Assembly (NCBI GenBank): GCA_965602015.1
Contig: OZ271918.1
Coordinates: 2,912,001 to 2,976,000, forward strand
Direction of reading: 5' to 3'
DNA from: Salinispira sp.
GTDB lineage: Bacteria; Spirochaetota; Spirochaetia; DSM-27196; Salinispiraceae
DNA: 64,000 bases
Shown here: piece by piece, positions 28,608 to 39,726 of the stretch
How the letters are laid out: each line of letters starts with the position of its first letter
Position numbering within the stretch: the first letter of the stretch is position 1
Notes under the pieces: generated by a model
Databases searched by the model: none
Seen by the model: only the letters and a program-made list of their open reading frames with translations
What the model was told of the DNA's origin: nothing
Program-made: the position numbers and the translations under genes

Positions 28608-28759
28608 ACAAAACCGGAATTGCATGTGCGCTGGCATTGATAGCCTGACTGTCGGAACTTTTTGTGTCCATGTGCGGCTTTTGGGCTCCAGGGAAATAGC
28701 CCAAAGCATGCATGCAGAGTACACTTTTTATATATCGTAGAAGATAGAAGGAGATCGCC

Positions 28760-29254
28760 GTGAGAGAAAATGTTGCCCTGCTGATCATTGATATGCAGAA
28801 CACCTTTATTGAGGAGATCGACAAACCCGACGCGGTCACCCGATGCTGCGCAGTGATTAACTATGTGGCCGAAATGTTTCGCAGTGCAAAACAGCCGGTA
28901 ATTCATATAAAAGATATGGAAGAAGCCGAGGAATTAAGTGAAAAAGAACTGGAGATCATCCCGGAAATAACCCGTGACAAGGACGACCTGCTGGTGGAAA
29001 AGAAATTTTCAAACGCCTTTTGGCAGACCGATCTTCAAAGGCGCCTGGAGGACCTGGGCACAAAATTTCTCGTTCTGGCCGGTCAGGCGGCGGAACACTG
29101 CGTGCTCTTTACCTATAACGGCGCCCGGGAACGGGGCTACACGCCGGTCATGCTTCAGGACGGAATCCTCAGCGGAGATCCCCAAAATATTCAAAACGCC
29201 ATGGCAAACCGCAACTTTATATCCTGGGCGGCGGTAGCCGAACTACTGCGTTAG
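28760..29254 (+). CDS. Cysteine hydrolase (isochorismatase family)
   Basis: ALLIIDMQN, KKFSNAF, AEHCV catalytic D-K-C. Confidence 0.9.
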   Translation: MRENVALLIIDMQNTFIEEIDKPDAVTRCCAVINYVAEMFRSAKQPVIHIKDMEEAEELSEKELEIIPEITRDKDDLLVEKKFSNAFWQTDLQRRLEDLGTKFLVLAGQAAEHCVLFTYNGARERGYTPVMLQDGILSGDPQNIQNAMANRNFISWAAVAELLR

Positions 29255-32200
29255 GGAGCCCAGGCAGTAAACCTCAATTCAGTAAATGCGCTGTCGGCGG
29301 CGTCGGCGCGGTTTCCGTCACCATCGTTTTCTTCAAACAGGCGGTGGCTTTGGGCTATACGCGCGTCGAGCTCGACCGCCCGGTCATAACTTTCCCGGGC
29401 CGCTGCCACATTCCCGTTTTCAATAAGCAGCAGAGCCTTTGACAGCAGAAGATAGGGGTTTTCCGGCTGCTGGGCCTCTGCCCTGGCAAAATAGTCTTCC
29501 GCAGTCTGTTTATCCCCGCGGATAAGTGCGAGCTTTGCCAGGTTGATAAGCGCCGGCCCGTATTCCCCGTCGGCCAAGGCCGACAGGAAATCATCTTCCG
29601 CATCTTCATAAAACCCGAACCTGGCGCGGATGATTCCCCGCCTGTTGTATTCTCTGGGCGAATCGGCTCCCGTCAGACCGCCCGCATCGATAAGCGCCGC
29701 GCTGTGAACGCTCCGAAGCTGACCAAGCTGGCGGCTCAGCGGTGAAATCTGGCCAGACCTCAGGCCGGAAACCTCCGCAGGATCGTCGAAGTCCGCCGGA
29801 GGGTACGTCTGCCAGGCATCCGAAGTGATATACATCTGCGCTTCACCTGCGCCGGCATGCCGCCGCCAAAGCTGGGCAGCGCTGATCCATGCCTGGGTAA
29901 AATCTGCGTCGAGCAGAGTACTTTCCACCGGTATCCAAATCCGCCCGTCGCGTTCGATCAGTCGGCTTCTATCGGGAAAATACTCGCCGGCCTGCCGTAC
30001 CTCTATCCCCGAATCGAAGGCGGGGAAGATATGGCCGGGTACGGTAATCAGGGCGCTGGGAATGCCCGAAGCCTCCAGGAGTGACGCATAGAGAACCGAG
30101 AGGTCGTCGCAGTCTCCCGAACCGTACAATAGAGTCTCCGCGGGAAACTGCAGAAAATCGATTGCTCCCCGGTCGGCGGAAACCCGCTCGTACGGCGTTG
30201 CCGGATCGATTCGGTAGCTGATATCCGAGGAGACCAAAGCCTGGAATAGCCCAAGAGCCGTGGCGAAGTTTGCCGGGAGGCCCCGGCGCTCAAGCCCGGC
30301 CAGCGAGGCGAGGACGGTTCCGGAGGTTTCCATGACGGCGGGGGATTGGATGCTGGTAATCATGGCGGCAGCTTTGCGGTCGTCATCCCATCTAATCGCA
30401 TTGGTATTCATCCGCCTCAGAGGTACTCGTATCTCCTCGTTTTCCCTGACCCCGGCGAAGGTGAAAGTAACGTCGAGGATGAGCGGCACAATATCGCCCC
30501 CATCCGGATCGAGTATGCTCCGGCTCAAAAACGCTCCGGCGGCCAGGTTGAGACTTTGCCCCGCCGGAAGATCCTCGGAATGTACCACAACCAGACGTTC
30601 TCCGTTCTCGCCGATCCTGCTGCGAATGCTGATGTTCTCCATCGGGAGATCCCGAAGATTCTGCAGACGGGCTTCCAGCAGAGGGATATTGCGATAGCTT
30701 CGGTAAAGCGAAGGGAACAATTCCGGCGCATCGATGTCCGTCAGCAGGATCTGCCGGGCGATTTCCATCGGGGGGATATTCGCCCGGTGCTCCGAACTGA
30801 TGCGCCCGCTCAAAGGGTCGGCCTCAAACAGCAGGGGATAGCTGCGGCCGCTAACCGGATGTCGCAAACTCCAGGAATACCACTGACCTTCCCTGGTAGC
30901 CACTGCCGAAGCATCCTGCCATGAGAGAAAGAGATCCCGGGCGTTGGCCGGTGAGATGGACAGCCGAGCCGGAGCTCCTGCGGCCCGGATAAAATAAAGC
31001 TCATCGTCAATTTCATACCTCCCCTGCTCCTCAACCGGGAAGCGGATTTCGTCTCCCTCCTGACTGGCTTCGAACTGCCTGACTACTTCCTGGATGATCA
31101 GCTCATCGGCCCGCCGGGCGGCCGCCTCAAGACGGCGCTCATATTGGTCGGCGGATTCAAACATGTCCCGGGGGGCAGTGGCATCAGTCCCCAAAGATTC
31201 CAGCAATTCCACCGCAAAGGCTTCATCGAGCACTGCAATCTGGGCAGGGCCGGGGTTTACGCCACCGTTGATGCTTTTGAGCAGGGCGGAGGCCAGGCTG
31301 ACCGGACCGGCCCCGACTTCTTCCAGACGCCAGAACACCAGACCGTTTTCCGTGATGCTTATGGTAGCCAGGCGGCTCCCGTCGGGATGAACCGCCAGAT
31401 CGGCAATGTATCCCTGACCGGCGGAAAAGGTCGATTCATAGGACCACAATTGCGGGAAATCTCCCCGTGCGAGGGATTCCGCGGCGGCTCCTGCGGCTCC
31501 GAGCTCCCGGGCATCCGGTCTGACGGCGGATCCTCCGTCATCACCAAGCCGCCAGACTGAAATAACGCTTCCTCCGAAGCCGGTGAAAAGGGTTTTGCTG
31601 TCAGGAGCGAAGGTGAGCGAGTAAATATTCCCCTCTTCAATGTCGGGGATCACCTGCCAAAGTTCGGCCTCCCGATTTTCGATTCTGTATATAGTCAGTT
31701 CCTTTCGCACCCCGACTGCCAGCCAGCGGCCATCGGGGGAAAACTGCAGGCCGTCGAGATAACCGGTATTGCTGTAATACTGGGTAGGACGAAGTTCGCC
31801 TGCGGGAAGCAGACGATGATTTTCCCCATCGATTGCATATAGACTGATGTAATCGTCGCTGTTACCGAGGGCAAGGAGCCGGGAATCTGGTGATATTGAA
31901 AGAGCAGTGACCCTCAGTTCGCCGGGGTTGATTTCATGAACCAGTTCCAGGCCGGCGCTGCCGATCCGCCACAGAAACAGTTCGCCTTCGGCAAAACTCA
32001 CTGCGTATTCCCCGTCGGGACTGATGGTAAGGGCCAGCACCTCATTCTTGTGTTGGGTTGAACGTTGAACCAGTTCGCCGTTTGTGCTTTCCACAAGGGC
32101 CAGCGCCGAGGGCGAACCGTAACCCGGGAAAAGGGTCCAGCGCTCGTCGCCGCTTATTGCCACGGCGGGAGCCGTCCCGTGGTCTCCCCTCCCCCGGTAA

Positions 32201-32520
32201 CTCCAGAGCAGTGAGAAATCCCCGTCGTACATCCGCACCCGGTTGTCCCGGCTTATTACGGCAAAGTAGTTGCCGAAGCGGGAAAACCGCCCCGTACTGA
32301 GCATGGCCTCCTGCTCGAGGCTCCGCAGCTGAAGAGCCCGCACCAAGGGAATATCCTGGGCTGCCGCGCTGAAACACAGAGTAAGCAGCAAAAGCGAGAG
32401 GACAATGCGTGACAGAACTCCCGACCGTGGGGAGGCTGACAGTTCGGAACCGGTCAATGAGGAACCAGTCACGGAGGAACCCGATGATGGGGAAGGTAAA
32501 AACATTCGGCGCGTGATCAT
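29251..32520 (-). CDS. Exported WD40-repeat + transglutaminase-like + TPR protein
   Basis: Repeated xSPDG/SPDS WD40 blades; GDCDDLSVLYASLLE...PGHIF...WIPVE papain-like core; C-terminal TPRs (YNRRGII, ALINLA). Confidence 0.78.
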   Translation of the reverse strand: MITRRMFLPSPSSGSSVTGSSLTGSELSASPRSGVLSRIVLSLLLLTLCFSAAAQDIPLVRALQLRSLEQEAMLSTGRFSRFGNYFAVISRDNRVRMYDGDFSLLWSYRGRGDHGTAPAVAISGDERWTLFPGYGSPSALALVESTNGELVQRSTQHKNEVLALTISPDGEYAVSFAEGELFLWRIGSAGLELVHEINPGELRVTALSISPDSRLLALGNSDDYISLYAIDGENHRLLPAGELRPTQYYSNTGYLDGLQFSPDGRWLAVGVRKELTIYRIENREAELWQVIPDIEEGNIYSLTFAPDSKTLFTGFGGSVISVWRLGDDGGSAVRPDARELGAAGAAAESLARGDFPQLWSYESTFSAGQGYIADLAVHPDGSRLATISITENGLVFWRLEEVGAGPVSLASALLKSINGGVNPGPAQIAVLDEAFAVELLESLGTDATAPRDMFESADQYERRLEAAARRADELIIQEVVRQFEASQEGDEIRFPVEEQGRYEIDDELYFIRAAGAPARLSISPANARDLFLSWQDASAVATREGQWYSWSLRHPVSGRSYPLLFEADPLSGRISSEHRANIPPMEIARQILLTDIDAPELFPSLYRSYRNIPLLEARLQNLRDLPMENISIRSRIGENGERLVVVHSEDLPAGQSLNLAAGAFLSRSILDPDGGDIVPLILDVTFTFAGVRENEEIRVPLRRMNTNAIRWDDDRKAAAMITSIQSPAVMETSGTVLASLAGLERRGLPANFATALGLFQALVSSDISYRIDPATPYERVSADRGAIDFLQFPAETLLYGSGDCDDLSVLYASLLEASGIPSALITVPGHIFPAFDSGIEVRQAGEYFPDRSRLIERDGRIWIPVESTLLDADFTQAWISAAQLWRRHAGAGEAQMYITSDAWQTYPPADFDDPAEVSGLRSGQISPLSRQLGQLRSVHSAALIDAGGLTGADSPREYNRRGIIRARFGFYEDAEDDFLSALADGEYGPALINLAKLALIRGDKQTAEDYFARAEAQQPENPYLLLSKALLLIENGNVAAARESYDRAVELDARIAQSHRLFEENDGDGNRADAADSAFTELRFTAWAP

Positions 32521-32621
32521 GGAAAAACTATATCAGATTGTTTTCCCTTCATCCCTAGTCAAAAGCGGTTCTGGCCCAAGAAAGCGCCACAGTGTACCAT
32601 TGGCTCAGGAAGGAGCAGGGC

Positions 32622-33401
32622 ATGGAAAATGGCTTTTGGCAGCAGGCAGTGGATCGGTTTTTAGCGGACTGGCGGGACCGGCCGGAGGTCACCGGCGCCC
32701 TTGTCTGCGGCAGTTATGTAACAGGAGACCCGAGCGTCCATTCAGATCTGGACCTCCATATCATTTTACAGCCTGACTGCCCCTGGAGGGAGCGGGGAAA
32801 CCGATGGGTCCACGGTTTTCATATCGAGTACTTCGCTAATCCGGTGGGAAAACACCGGGAATACGCCGCAGAAGACGAAGCAAATCGGCGAACGGTCAAT
32901 AATCACATGTTCGCAACCGGTAAGTTGTTGTTCGACACCAGCGGCGACCTGACGAGCGTGGTAAAACAGGCACAAAAGGATCTCGAGCTACGGGAGAACG
33001 AAGGCTTTCCGCGAACTAAAGGCGCGGCGCTGGAAATCGTCAAATATCAGCTCTGGGATATGAGGGATAATCTCGAAGAAGCCTTTGAGGCCGCCGCTCC
33101 GGATTTTGTGTTTATCGCCCATTGCATGCTGCGGGACCTCGCAGATGCCTACGGCGCATATTTAGGCTACCATGAGCTACCGGTCTACCGGATGGGCCGC
33201 TTGCTCAGGGATCAGTCACAGCGGCGAAAGTACCGATTTCCCGATTACCCCGACGCCGACTTCGCAAAAAGGCTACTTTGTGCTCTAAGCCTCACCGACC
33301 CGGAGGAACTTATGGCTGCTTATTCCGGACTCAGCACCCATGTACTTGGGGCAATGGGCGGGTTTTCCGTTGACGGCTGGTCCCTGCGTTCGGAGGTCTG
33401 A
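32622..33401 (+). CDS. Nucleotidyltransferase-domain protein (Pol-beta fold)
   Basis: CGSYVTG...SDLDL (GS-DxD) motif; AGGAG RBS. Confidence 0.8.
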   Translation: MENGFWQQAVDRFLADWRDRPEVTGALVCGSYVTGDPSVHSDLDLHIILQPDCPWRERGNRWVHGFHIEYFANPVGKHREYAAEDEANRRTVNNHMFATGKLLFDTSGDLTSVVKQAQKDLELRENEGFPRTKGAALEIVKYQLWDMRDNLEEAFEAAAPDFVFIAHCMLRDLADAYGAYLGYHELPVYRMGRLLRDQSQRRKYRFPDYPDADFAKRLLCALSLTDPEELMAAYSGLSTHVLGAMGGFSVDGWSLRSEV

Positions 33402-33510
33402 TTACCAAGGACGGGATTTTCGCCCCAAGAGCGGTAATGGCAGTTCCGCCCCTTGAGCAGGTATTTAAATCAGCTGTTTTCGGGGCACTCGGAATGGACA
33501 AGGAGCAATT

Positions 33511-34038
33511 ATGAACAGATACATCAGCCTGCTTCGGGGCATCAATGTCAGCGGGCAAAAAATTATCAAGATGGCCGAGCTCGCCCAAGGGTACCGGGAC
33601 TGGGGTTTCACAGATGTGAGCACCTACCTGGCCAGCGGCAATGTGCTGTTTACCTCGCCGAAAGGGCCCGGAGAATGCCGTCAGATAATCGAACAGGCAA
33701 TCTCTCAAAGGTTTGGCTACCAGGTGGATTGCCTGGTTCTCACCCCGCAACAGCTTTCTGCAATCCGGGCGTCCATGCCGTTTGCCGCAGAGCGGGTGTT
33801 CTACAGCTTTATTATAGGCGATGGCGAATGGCCCCCTCCCCCTGAGGATATCAGCATTATCAAGCCATTCGCCGCCGAGGGCGATGATTTGGCAGCGGAG
33901 CCAGGCGTCGTCTACTTTCACTGCCTGGGAAGCTTCGGCAAATCTAAACTCTCGAATAATTTCATCGAGAAGAAATTGGGTGTACGGGCCACGACGAGGA
34001 ATGCAAAAACTGTTGAAGCACTGCTTCAGCGCACATAA
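33511..34038 (+). CDS. DUF1697 domain protein
   Basis: YISLLRGINVSG...TYLASGNV...TTRN. Confidence 0.9.
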   Translation: MNRYISLLRGINVSGQKIIKMAELAQGYRDWGFTDVSTYLASGNVLFTSPKGPGECRQIIEQAISQRFGYQVDCLVLTPQQLSAIRASMPFAAERVFYSFIIGDGEWPPPPEDISIIKPFAAEGDDLAAEPGVVYFHCLGSFGKSKLSNNFIEKKLGVRATTRNAKTVEALLQRT

Positions 34039-34039
34039 A

Positions 34040-34061
34040 CCCGCCGGGAGATGCCGGCGGG
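34040..34061. terminator. Hairpin between convergent genes
   Basis: CCCGCCGG-N6-CCGGCGGG. Confidence 0.5.
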
Positions 34062-34078
34062 CAGGGCGAAATCACCGT

Positions 34079-35446
34079 TCAAAGATTTTCTCCGTTGGTC
34101 TCAATTACGCTCCGATACCAACGGCCCGACTCTTTTATGGTTCGCTTCTGGGTTTTGTAGTCGACGTGAATCATTCCGAATCGGTGGCGGTAGCCTTCGG
34201 CCCATTCGAAATTGTCCATCAATGACCAATGAAAGTACCCCTTTACGTCAACGCCGTCGGCAGAAGCCCGTTTTAGCTCGCGAAGGTAGCGGGTGGCGAA
34301 GTCTTTTCGGGCAGGATCCTCGACCCGCCCGTCGACATTGACCCAGTCGTGACTGCTCGTGCCGTTTTCCGTGATGACCACCGGTTTGCCGTATCGCTCA
34401 TAAAGAAATTTCGGTCCCCAGTACAGGGCTCCTGGGGTCACGGGCCACATAAAGTTGCTGCGGGGAAACCCGGGACCGTAGTGTTCAGCGGCGAGGAACT
34501 GGGGCGTGCCGTCGCCGCCCCGGATCATCCGGCCGGTGGCCTGATAGATGTTGGCGCCGATAAAATCCGGAGCCTCGGGCATCATCTGCAAATCTCCCTC
34601 CCAGCCGGAAGGAAGCCATTGACCGTATCGCGCCAGGAACTCCTCGGGGTATGATCCCAAAAACAGGGGATCGTTCCAGATGGCATTTGAGAAACTGAAC
34701 AGATCTCCCGGGGCGATGGAAAACTGTGCGTTCCGCGCGGCTGCCACCAGTTCATCGTCCTGCCCGTCTTCGGGCTCGATTACCGGAAGGGCCGGGGCAG
34801 CCCCGACTTTACCGGCGTTTTCGCCTCGGATTGCATTGGCTGCCGCTCCATGCGCCCGGTTTACATTGTGGACGATGGGGACGATGTCCATGTGCGAAAG
34901 CTTCAGGCCGGGGGCGTGTACGCCGATCGAATGGCCGAGGCTGACAAACATGTCCGGTTCGTTCAGGGTGAACCAGTGAGACACCCGGTCGCCCAGGGCT
35001 TTGGCGAGAACCCCGGCATATTCGCCGAACCATAGGGGACTGTCGGGGTTAAGCCAGCCGCCGCGGCGGTACAGGCCAAGCGGCAAGTCCCAGTGAAAAA
35101 GGGTAAGCCAGGGAGTAATGGCGGCCTTGAGGAGCTCATCAACAAGTCTGTCGTAAAAATCCAGCCCCTTCGCATTAACCTGGCCGATTCCGTCGGGCAT
35201 GACCCTCGGCCAGCTGACGGAAAACCGATATGCCTGCAGCCCCAGTTCCCTCATGAGTTTCACATCGTCGGGCATTCTGTGGTAGTGGTCGCACGCCGCA
35301 TCGCCGCTGTCCCCGGCGACGGTTTTACCGGGCCATTGGCAGAACTGATCCCAGACGGACTCTCCACGGCCGTCCTCCCGGGCAGCGCCTTCGATCTGAT
35401 ACGCCGCTGTGGCGGCTCCCCAGCTAAAATCCTGTGAAAAACTCAT
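34079..35446 (-). CDS. GH1 beta-glucosidase
   Basis: FSWGAATAAYQIEG, TLNEP acid/base, ITENG nucleophile, DNFEWAEG. Confidence 0.95.
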   Translation of the reverse strand: MSFSQDFSWGAATAAYQIEGAAREDGRGESVWDQFCQWPGKTVAGDSGDAACDHYHRMPDDVKLMRELGLQAYRFSVSWPRVMPDGIGQVNAKGLDFYDRLVDELLKAAITPWLTLFHWDLPLGLYRRGGWLNPDSPLWFGEYAGVLAKALGDRVSHWFTLNEPDMFVSLGHSIGVHAPGLKLSHMDIVPIVHNVNRAHGAAANAIRGENAGKVGAAPALPVIEPEDGQDDELVAAARNAQFSIAPGDLFSFSNAIWNDPLFLGSYPEEFLARYGQWLPSGWEGDLQMMPEAPDFIGANIYQATGRMIRGGDGTPQFLAAEHYGPGFPRSNFMWPVTPGALYWGPKFLYERYGKPVVITENGTSSHDWVNVDGRVEDPARKDFATRYLRELKRASADGVDVKGYFHWSLMDNFEWAEGYRHRFGMIHVDYKTQKRTIKESGRWYRSVIETNGENL

Positions 35447-35643
35447 AAAACCTCCGTCATCCCCCATTCATATAACAGATTGGGGAGAATGTGGGGTTTT
35501 TTCTCCTGAAAACGCTGAGCGCTGCCGGATTATGAGAAAATCATTTCTTTTGCCCTCAGGCGTTTGGACCACTGGAAATAACTGAATGGGATTCGTATAT
35601 TATAGTTGATGTTTTCCCGCAAAAAGCATCAATAGGAGGACGT

Positions 35644-35895
35644 ATGCTTACGCTGACTCTTCCGTCCCATGGCTCGTATCAAGAGATACTGGAAATGGTG
35701 AAAGATAGCCCCGTGCAGGTAAAAATAATGCGCGACGCAACTATCGACATGCCTGAGCTGGAGGACGATTACAGCCATGCCCGGGGCAAAACGGAAATAA
35801 CCCGGGAAATGGAAAATATTCTCGATTTCCAACGGCAATGGTATTGCCAGGAAAGCGACAACTGCTCCATGGGAGGAGCCGGGGAGGTCTACTGA
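35644..35895 (+). CDS. Small hypothetical protein
   Basis: AGGAGG RBS, 83-aa ORF, followed by a terminator. Confidence 0.6.
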   Translation: MLTLTLPSHGSYQEILEMVKDSPVQVKIMRDATIDMPELEDDYSHARGKTEITREMENILDFQRQWYCQESDNCSMGGAGEVY

Positions 35896-35908
35896 CCTCC
35901 CTTTTTTT
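35882..35908 (+). terminator. Intrinsic terminator
   Basis: GGGAGGTC-TACT-GACCTCCC followed by T7. Confidence 0.75.
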
Positions 35909-35921
35909 GCCCGTTATTGTA

Positions 35922-36872
35922 TTAGGTCCAGACCCACAGGGGGACAGCCATCATTTTTGCAAGCTTGTCACCATCCCGGAGTATTCCGTCCAGATTTCCA
36001 TGGTCGGCGATGGAAAGCCTCTTTTTATCCTGCAGGACGATATTTAATTCATGGCTGATATAACTGCCGCCCCGGTGCCGGTAAACCTGCTCGCTGACCA
36101 CCTGCAATCCCCGGACCTGGTCAAATCCAAACGATTCACCGGAAACCGTGGCCGAACCCGTTTCTCCGTCGAAAATGGAACGGTTTCCGAATATATGCAG
36201 CACCAGAAATCCTCCAATGATAAAAAGCAGGCCGGACCACTGAATCTGCGGAAGGGCTGCCAAAAAGGATTCCATATTATGTATATCGCCTCCCAGGCTA
36301 GCCCTGAGAAAACTGAAGGTCAGGATGTGTAACCCCGGGAGTGAAAGAGCTATGGCGAAGTATGTGAGCGCCCGGCTCGCCCTCATGACATATCGGCCCC
36401 GGGGGGCTTGGACCAGCCGATGGGTCCGGAAGTTTGCGCCGCCAGGCATGAGGGCCGACCAATCCAGAGAAGCGGCAAAACTATCGCTTCCGGGATTATG
36501 AATTATGAGGTCTTCTTCAGAAACGTCGGATGTGCTTCCACGACCGCGCAGATCCAAAAAATAAGCTAGGAAAACGAGGGTCAGCGCTCCGGCAATGATT
36601 GCCGCAAGGGATAGCGATTGGATTCTCTGAAGCAGTGACAACTCGATGGCAGATTCATAGCCGGCAATTTGATCCCGATAGGCCTGCAGCCTGAGAACCT
36701 GCTGTTCATCGAGGTTTTCCTCCGCAGAAAGCTCATCGGCCAGGGCGTGTACGTTTTCTATAGCATCCTTGTACGGTTCTGAGCGGTCCTGAACGAGCAG
36801 GGGTAGAAGGCGAAAGGACAAAAAAGCCAGCGGAAGTATCAATAACAGGAAGGGCAGTTTACTGTTCTTCAT
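35922..36872 (-). CDS. Hypothetical membrane protein
   Basis: 4 hydrophobic segments; GGANFRTHRL and SHELNIVL motifs; 9 bp after the carbonic anhydrase gene. Confidence 0.65.
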   Translation of the reverse strand: MKNSKLPFLLLILPLAFLSFRLLPLLVQDRSEPYKDAIENVHALADELSAEENLDEQQVLRLQAYRDQIAGYESAIELSLLQRIQSLSLAAIIAGALTLVFLAYFLDLRGRGSTSDVSEEDLIIHNPGSDSFAASLDWSALMPGGANFRTHRLVQAPRGRYVMRASRALTYFAIALSLPGLHILTFSFLRASLGGDIHNMESFLAALPQIQWSGLLFIIGGFLVLHIFGNRSIFDGETGSATVSGESFGFDQVRGLQVVSEQVYRHRGGSYISHELNIVLQDKKRLSIADHGNLDGILRDGDKLAKMMAVPLWVWT

Positions 36873-36881
36873 AAAAATCCT

Positions 36882-37505
36882 TTAGTTCAATAGCTCGAAG
36901 CTCTCGCTCATTTCGTCGTACTGGAACACTTCACCGGTATCTATGCGGTAATACCAGCCTCGAATGGTCAGACTGCCCTCCTGGTAGCGCTGTCTGATGT
37001 AGGAGTACGTCAGCAGATGCTTAATCTGCTCAAGCACATTAATTTGCTCGGTCATCCAGGCGCGTATGCCGGGATTTTCCGCCTCCGGCTTGGCCATGAC
37101 CATTTCCGCAACATGGGAAGCTAAGGACATCCATCGCTCGGTTAACTCGCCGGGCTTTGTATGGTCCCCATCCGTGTACAGTGTTCCGCAGCCTCCGCAA
37201 TTGCTGTGGCCGCAGACGACGATATTTTCCACCTCCAGCCCCTGCACCGCGTATTCTATAGCCGCAGCAGTCGAGGGAAACCGGGACGCCAGCTCGGCGG
37301 GGGGCACCAGGTTGGCAATGTTCCGGATAATAAACAAGTCGCCCGGTCGGGTATGGGTTATCATCCCCGGCACGAGCCGGGAATCCGAGCAGGTTATAAA
37401 AAGGGTATGGGGTTTTTGCTTTTCTGATAATTGCTGGAAAAGCAGTTCATGTTCGCGGTACTCATTTTTGTGAAAATGCACCGCACCGTTGATAAGCCTA
37501 TGCAC
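36882..37505 (-). CDS. Beta-class carbonic anhydrase
   Basis: CSDSR, RNIAN, HSNCGG Zn ligands; GTG start. Confidence 0.95.
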   Translation of the reverse strand: MHRLINGAVHFHKNEYREHELLFQQLSEKQKPHTLFITCSDSRLVPGMITHTRPGDLFIIRNIANLVPPAELASRFPSTAAAIEYAVQGLEVENIVVCGHSNCGGCGTLYTDGDHTKPGELTERWMSLASHVAEMVMAKPEAENPGIRAWMTEQINVLEQIKHLLTYSYIRQRYQEGSLTIRGWYYRIDTGEVFQYDEMSESFELLN

Positions 37506-37583
37506 ATCGGTCTCCTGTTTTTTACCTTATGCGCCGACGGCGCCTGTTAGGTTAAAAACCTGAATCCGCCGGCAGATATGTAC

Positions 37584-38216
37584 TTAAAATAGTTCACCCT
37601 GAGCGCCCCGGAGGACCTGCTCAAGCTGATGGGCGACCTGAAGGAAGTCTTCCTCCCGGTCGTGGTAATCCAAATCATCCATGCTGAGGGTCAGCACCGG
37701 GCTCTTTTTCCAGCCGCCGATCCACTCTTCATACAGTACGTTTAATTCGAGCAGATATTCATCGGGGATTGCCTGCTCGAAATCCCGGTTCCTCATGGCG
37801 ATCCGGGTTTTTAAGGTCGGAAGCGAGGCCCTGAGGTAAATAATCACATCGGGCAGCTCCAGCAAATCCGCCAGCACTTCATAAAGCCGCCAATACGTGG
37901 CGAAATCCCGCTCCTCAATATAGCCCCTTCGGTGCAGATTCTTGGCGAAAATATGCGCGTCCTCGTACACCGAACGGTCCTGCACAACCGACCCCCGGTA
38001 GTCCTGCAGGGATTTGTGCATTCCCAGACGGTCCGAGAGAAAATAGAGCTGGGACTTATACGCCCAGCGGCCCATATCGTCGTAAAAATCCGCGAGATAG
38101 GGGTTCTCGGACACCGGTTCGAAGTAGGGCTTCCAGCCGAGATGGTCTGATAACTTGCGCACCAGCGTTGATTTTCCCGCCCCGATATTTCCGGCCACCA
38201 CGATATGCTGTTTCAT
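37584..38216 (-). CDS. Deoxynucleoside kinase
   Basis: GNIGAGKST, QDRSVYED, RIAMRNRDFE lid. Confidence 0.93.
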   Translation of the reverse strand: MKQHIVVAGNIGAGKSTLVRKLSDHLGWKPYFEPVSENPYLADFYDDMGRWAYKSQLYFLSDRLGMHKSLQDYRGSVVQDRSVYEDAHIFAKNLHRRGYIEERDFATYWRLYEVLADLLELPDVIIYLRASLPTLKTRIAMRNRDFEQAIPDEYLLELNVLYEEWIGGWKKSPVLTLSMDDLDYHDREEDFLQVAHQLEQVLRGAQGELF

Positions 38217-38341
38217 AGCTGAGCATTGTATCGCCGGCCGGGCGGGAGAACAAGCGGGATTATCGGGGTCCTTGAATTTTCGCCTTCCGATGTATTACTG
38301 TATGCCCTGGTATTTTACTCAGCTTTCCAGGGTTAGGGCAG

Positions 38342-38764
38342 ATGAAGACAGAGGATCGGCGGGACATTGAGACCCGTCAGGACATTGAAAAACTGGTGGA
38401 CCGCTTCTACGCCCGGGTTCGAAAAGACGATGTCATCGGCTATATTTTTAACGACGTCGCCAAGGTTCATTGGGAAAGCCATATTCCCCGAATCGTCGAT
38501 TTCTGGGAAGCCGTGCTGTTCCGGCAAACGCTGTTCGACGGCAATCCTCTGGACAAGCACATGAAGGTCGATCAAAAGGAAACCCTCAGGGAAGAGCATT
38601 TTGCCCGCTGGCTGTCTCTTTTTCACCGGACCATAGACGACCTTTTCGCCGGAGAAACAGCCGAGGCGGCGAAATACCGGTCAAAAAATATTGCCGGTGT
38701 CTTTATGCAGCACCTGGACCAGCGGCGAAATAAGCCCTCCTTTCACCTTGGCTCTCTCGAATAA
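38342..38764 (+). CDS. Group III truncated hemoglobin
   Basis: [16 protein letters not shown]...[13 protein letters not shown]...HFARWLSLF. Confidence 0.9.
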   Translation: MKTEDRRDIETRQDIEKLVDRFYARVRKDDVIGYIFNDVAKVHWESHIPRIVDFWEAVLFRQTLFDGNPLDKHMKVDQKETLREEHFARWLSLFHRTIDDLFAGETAEAAKYRSKNIAGVFMQHLDQRRNKPSFHLGSLE

Positions 38765-39726
38765 CTCCTCACCATAGGGGGGCCTTGAAGGTCCCGAATT
38801 CTATCCAGCTGCTCTTGACGGCGAAGCACCGCCTGTTCATCCTCGCTGTCGGCGATTTGGGCCAGAACCGCATCCAGGGGAGTCCCCTCGTCATCGAAGG
38901 CGGTGTCTCCTCCTGGATTCGGCCGTCCGTCGGCCGCAAGCGCGGTAAAATTGAACAGCGAGCTGTCCATCATGTGACTGGGAATGATGTTTTTCATCGC
39001 CCGGAAGATGTTTTCCACCCGTCCGGGATTCGTCTTCTCCCAGCCCCTGAGCATGTCCTTAATGACCTGCCGCTGCAAATTCGGCTGGCTTCCGCAGAGG
39101 TCGCAGGGGATGAGGGGATACTCCTTCAGCCGTGCAAGGGCTGCAAGGTCCTCCTCCTTGCAGTACGCCAGGGGGCGAATGACGATGTTGCGGCCGTCGT
39201 CGCTCACCAGCTTCGGAGGCATGCCCTTAATAGTCCCGCCGTAAAACATATTGAGAAAGAGGGTTTCGAGGATGTCATCCCGATGATGCCCCAGAGCGAT
39301 TTTCGTCGCGCCGATTTCACCGGCCACCCGGTAAATGACGCCCCGGCGAAGCCTGCTGCAGAGGCTGCAGGTTGTTTGTCCCTCGGGGATGAGCCGCTGA
39401 ACAATTGAATAGGTATCCTGTTTGACGATGCGGTGAGGCACTCCCCGGTCCTCCAGGTAGGCCGGCAGAATGTGCGCCGGAAAACCCGGCTGTTTCTGGT
39501 CGAGGTTCACCGCGGTAATGCGGAAGTCAACGGGAGCCGCATCCCTCAGCATGAGCAGGATATCCAGCAGGGCAAAGGAATCCTTTCCGCCGGACATACA
39601 GACCATCACGTGGTCTCCGTCCTCTATCATTGAATAATCGGCGATGGCGGACCCGGTGAGCCGGCGCAGCCGCTTGACGAGTTTGTTGCCCTCGCGCCTT
39701 TCTTTTTCGTAGTGTTTTTTTGTCAT
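38743..39726 (-). CDS. ttcA: tRNA 2-thiocytidine(32) synthetase
   Basis: SGGKDS PP-loop, [25 protein letters not shown]. Confidence 0.95.
   Translation of the reverse strand: MTKKHYEKERREGNKLVKRLRRLTGSAIADYSMIEDGDHVMVCMSGGKDSFALLDILLMLRDAAPVDFRITAVNLDQKQPGFPAHILPAYLEDRGVPHRIVKQDTYSIVQRLIPEGQTTCSLCSRLRRGVIYRVAGEIGATKIALGHHRDDILETLFLNMFYGGTIKGMPPKLVSDDGRNIVIRPLAYCKEEDLAALARLKEYPLIPCDLCGSQPNLQRQVIKDMLRGWEKTNPGRVENIFRAMKNIIPSHMMDSSLFNFTALAADGRPNPGGDTAFDDEGTPLDAVLAQIADSEDEQAVLRRQEQLDRIRDLQGPPMVRSYSREPR

Noticed and set aside
32622..34038. MNT-HEPN toxin-antitoxin or CBASS-like defence locus
   Set aside because: Single NTase with no adjacent HEPN RxxxxH toxin or effector; the neighbour is DUF1697
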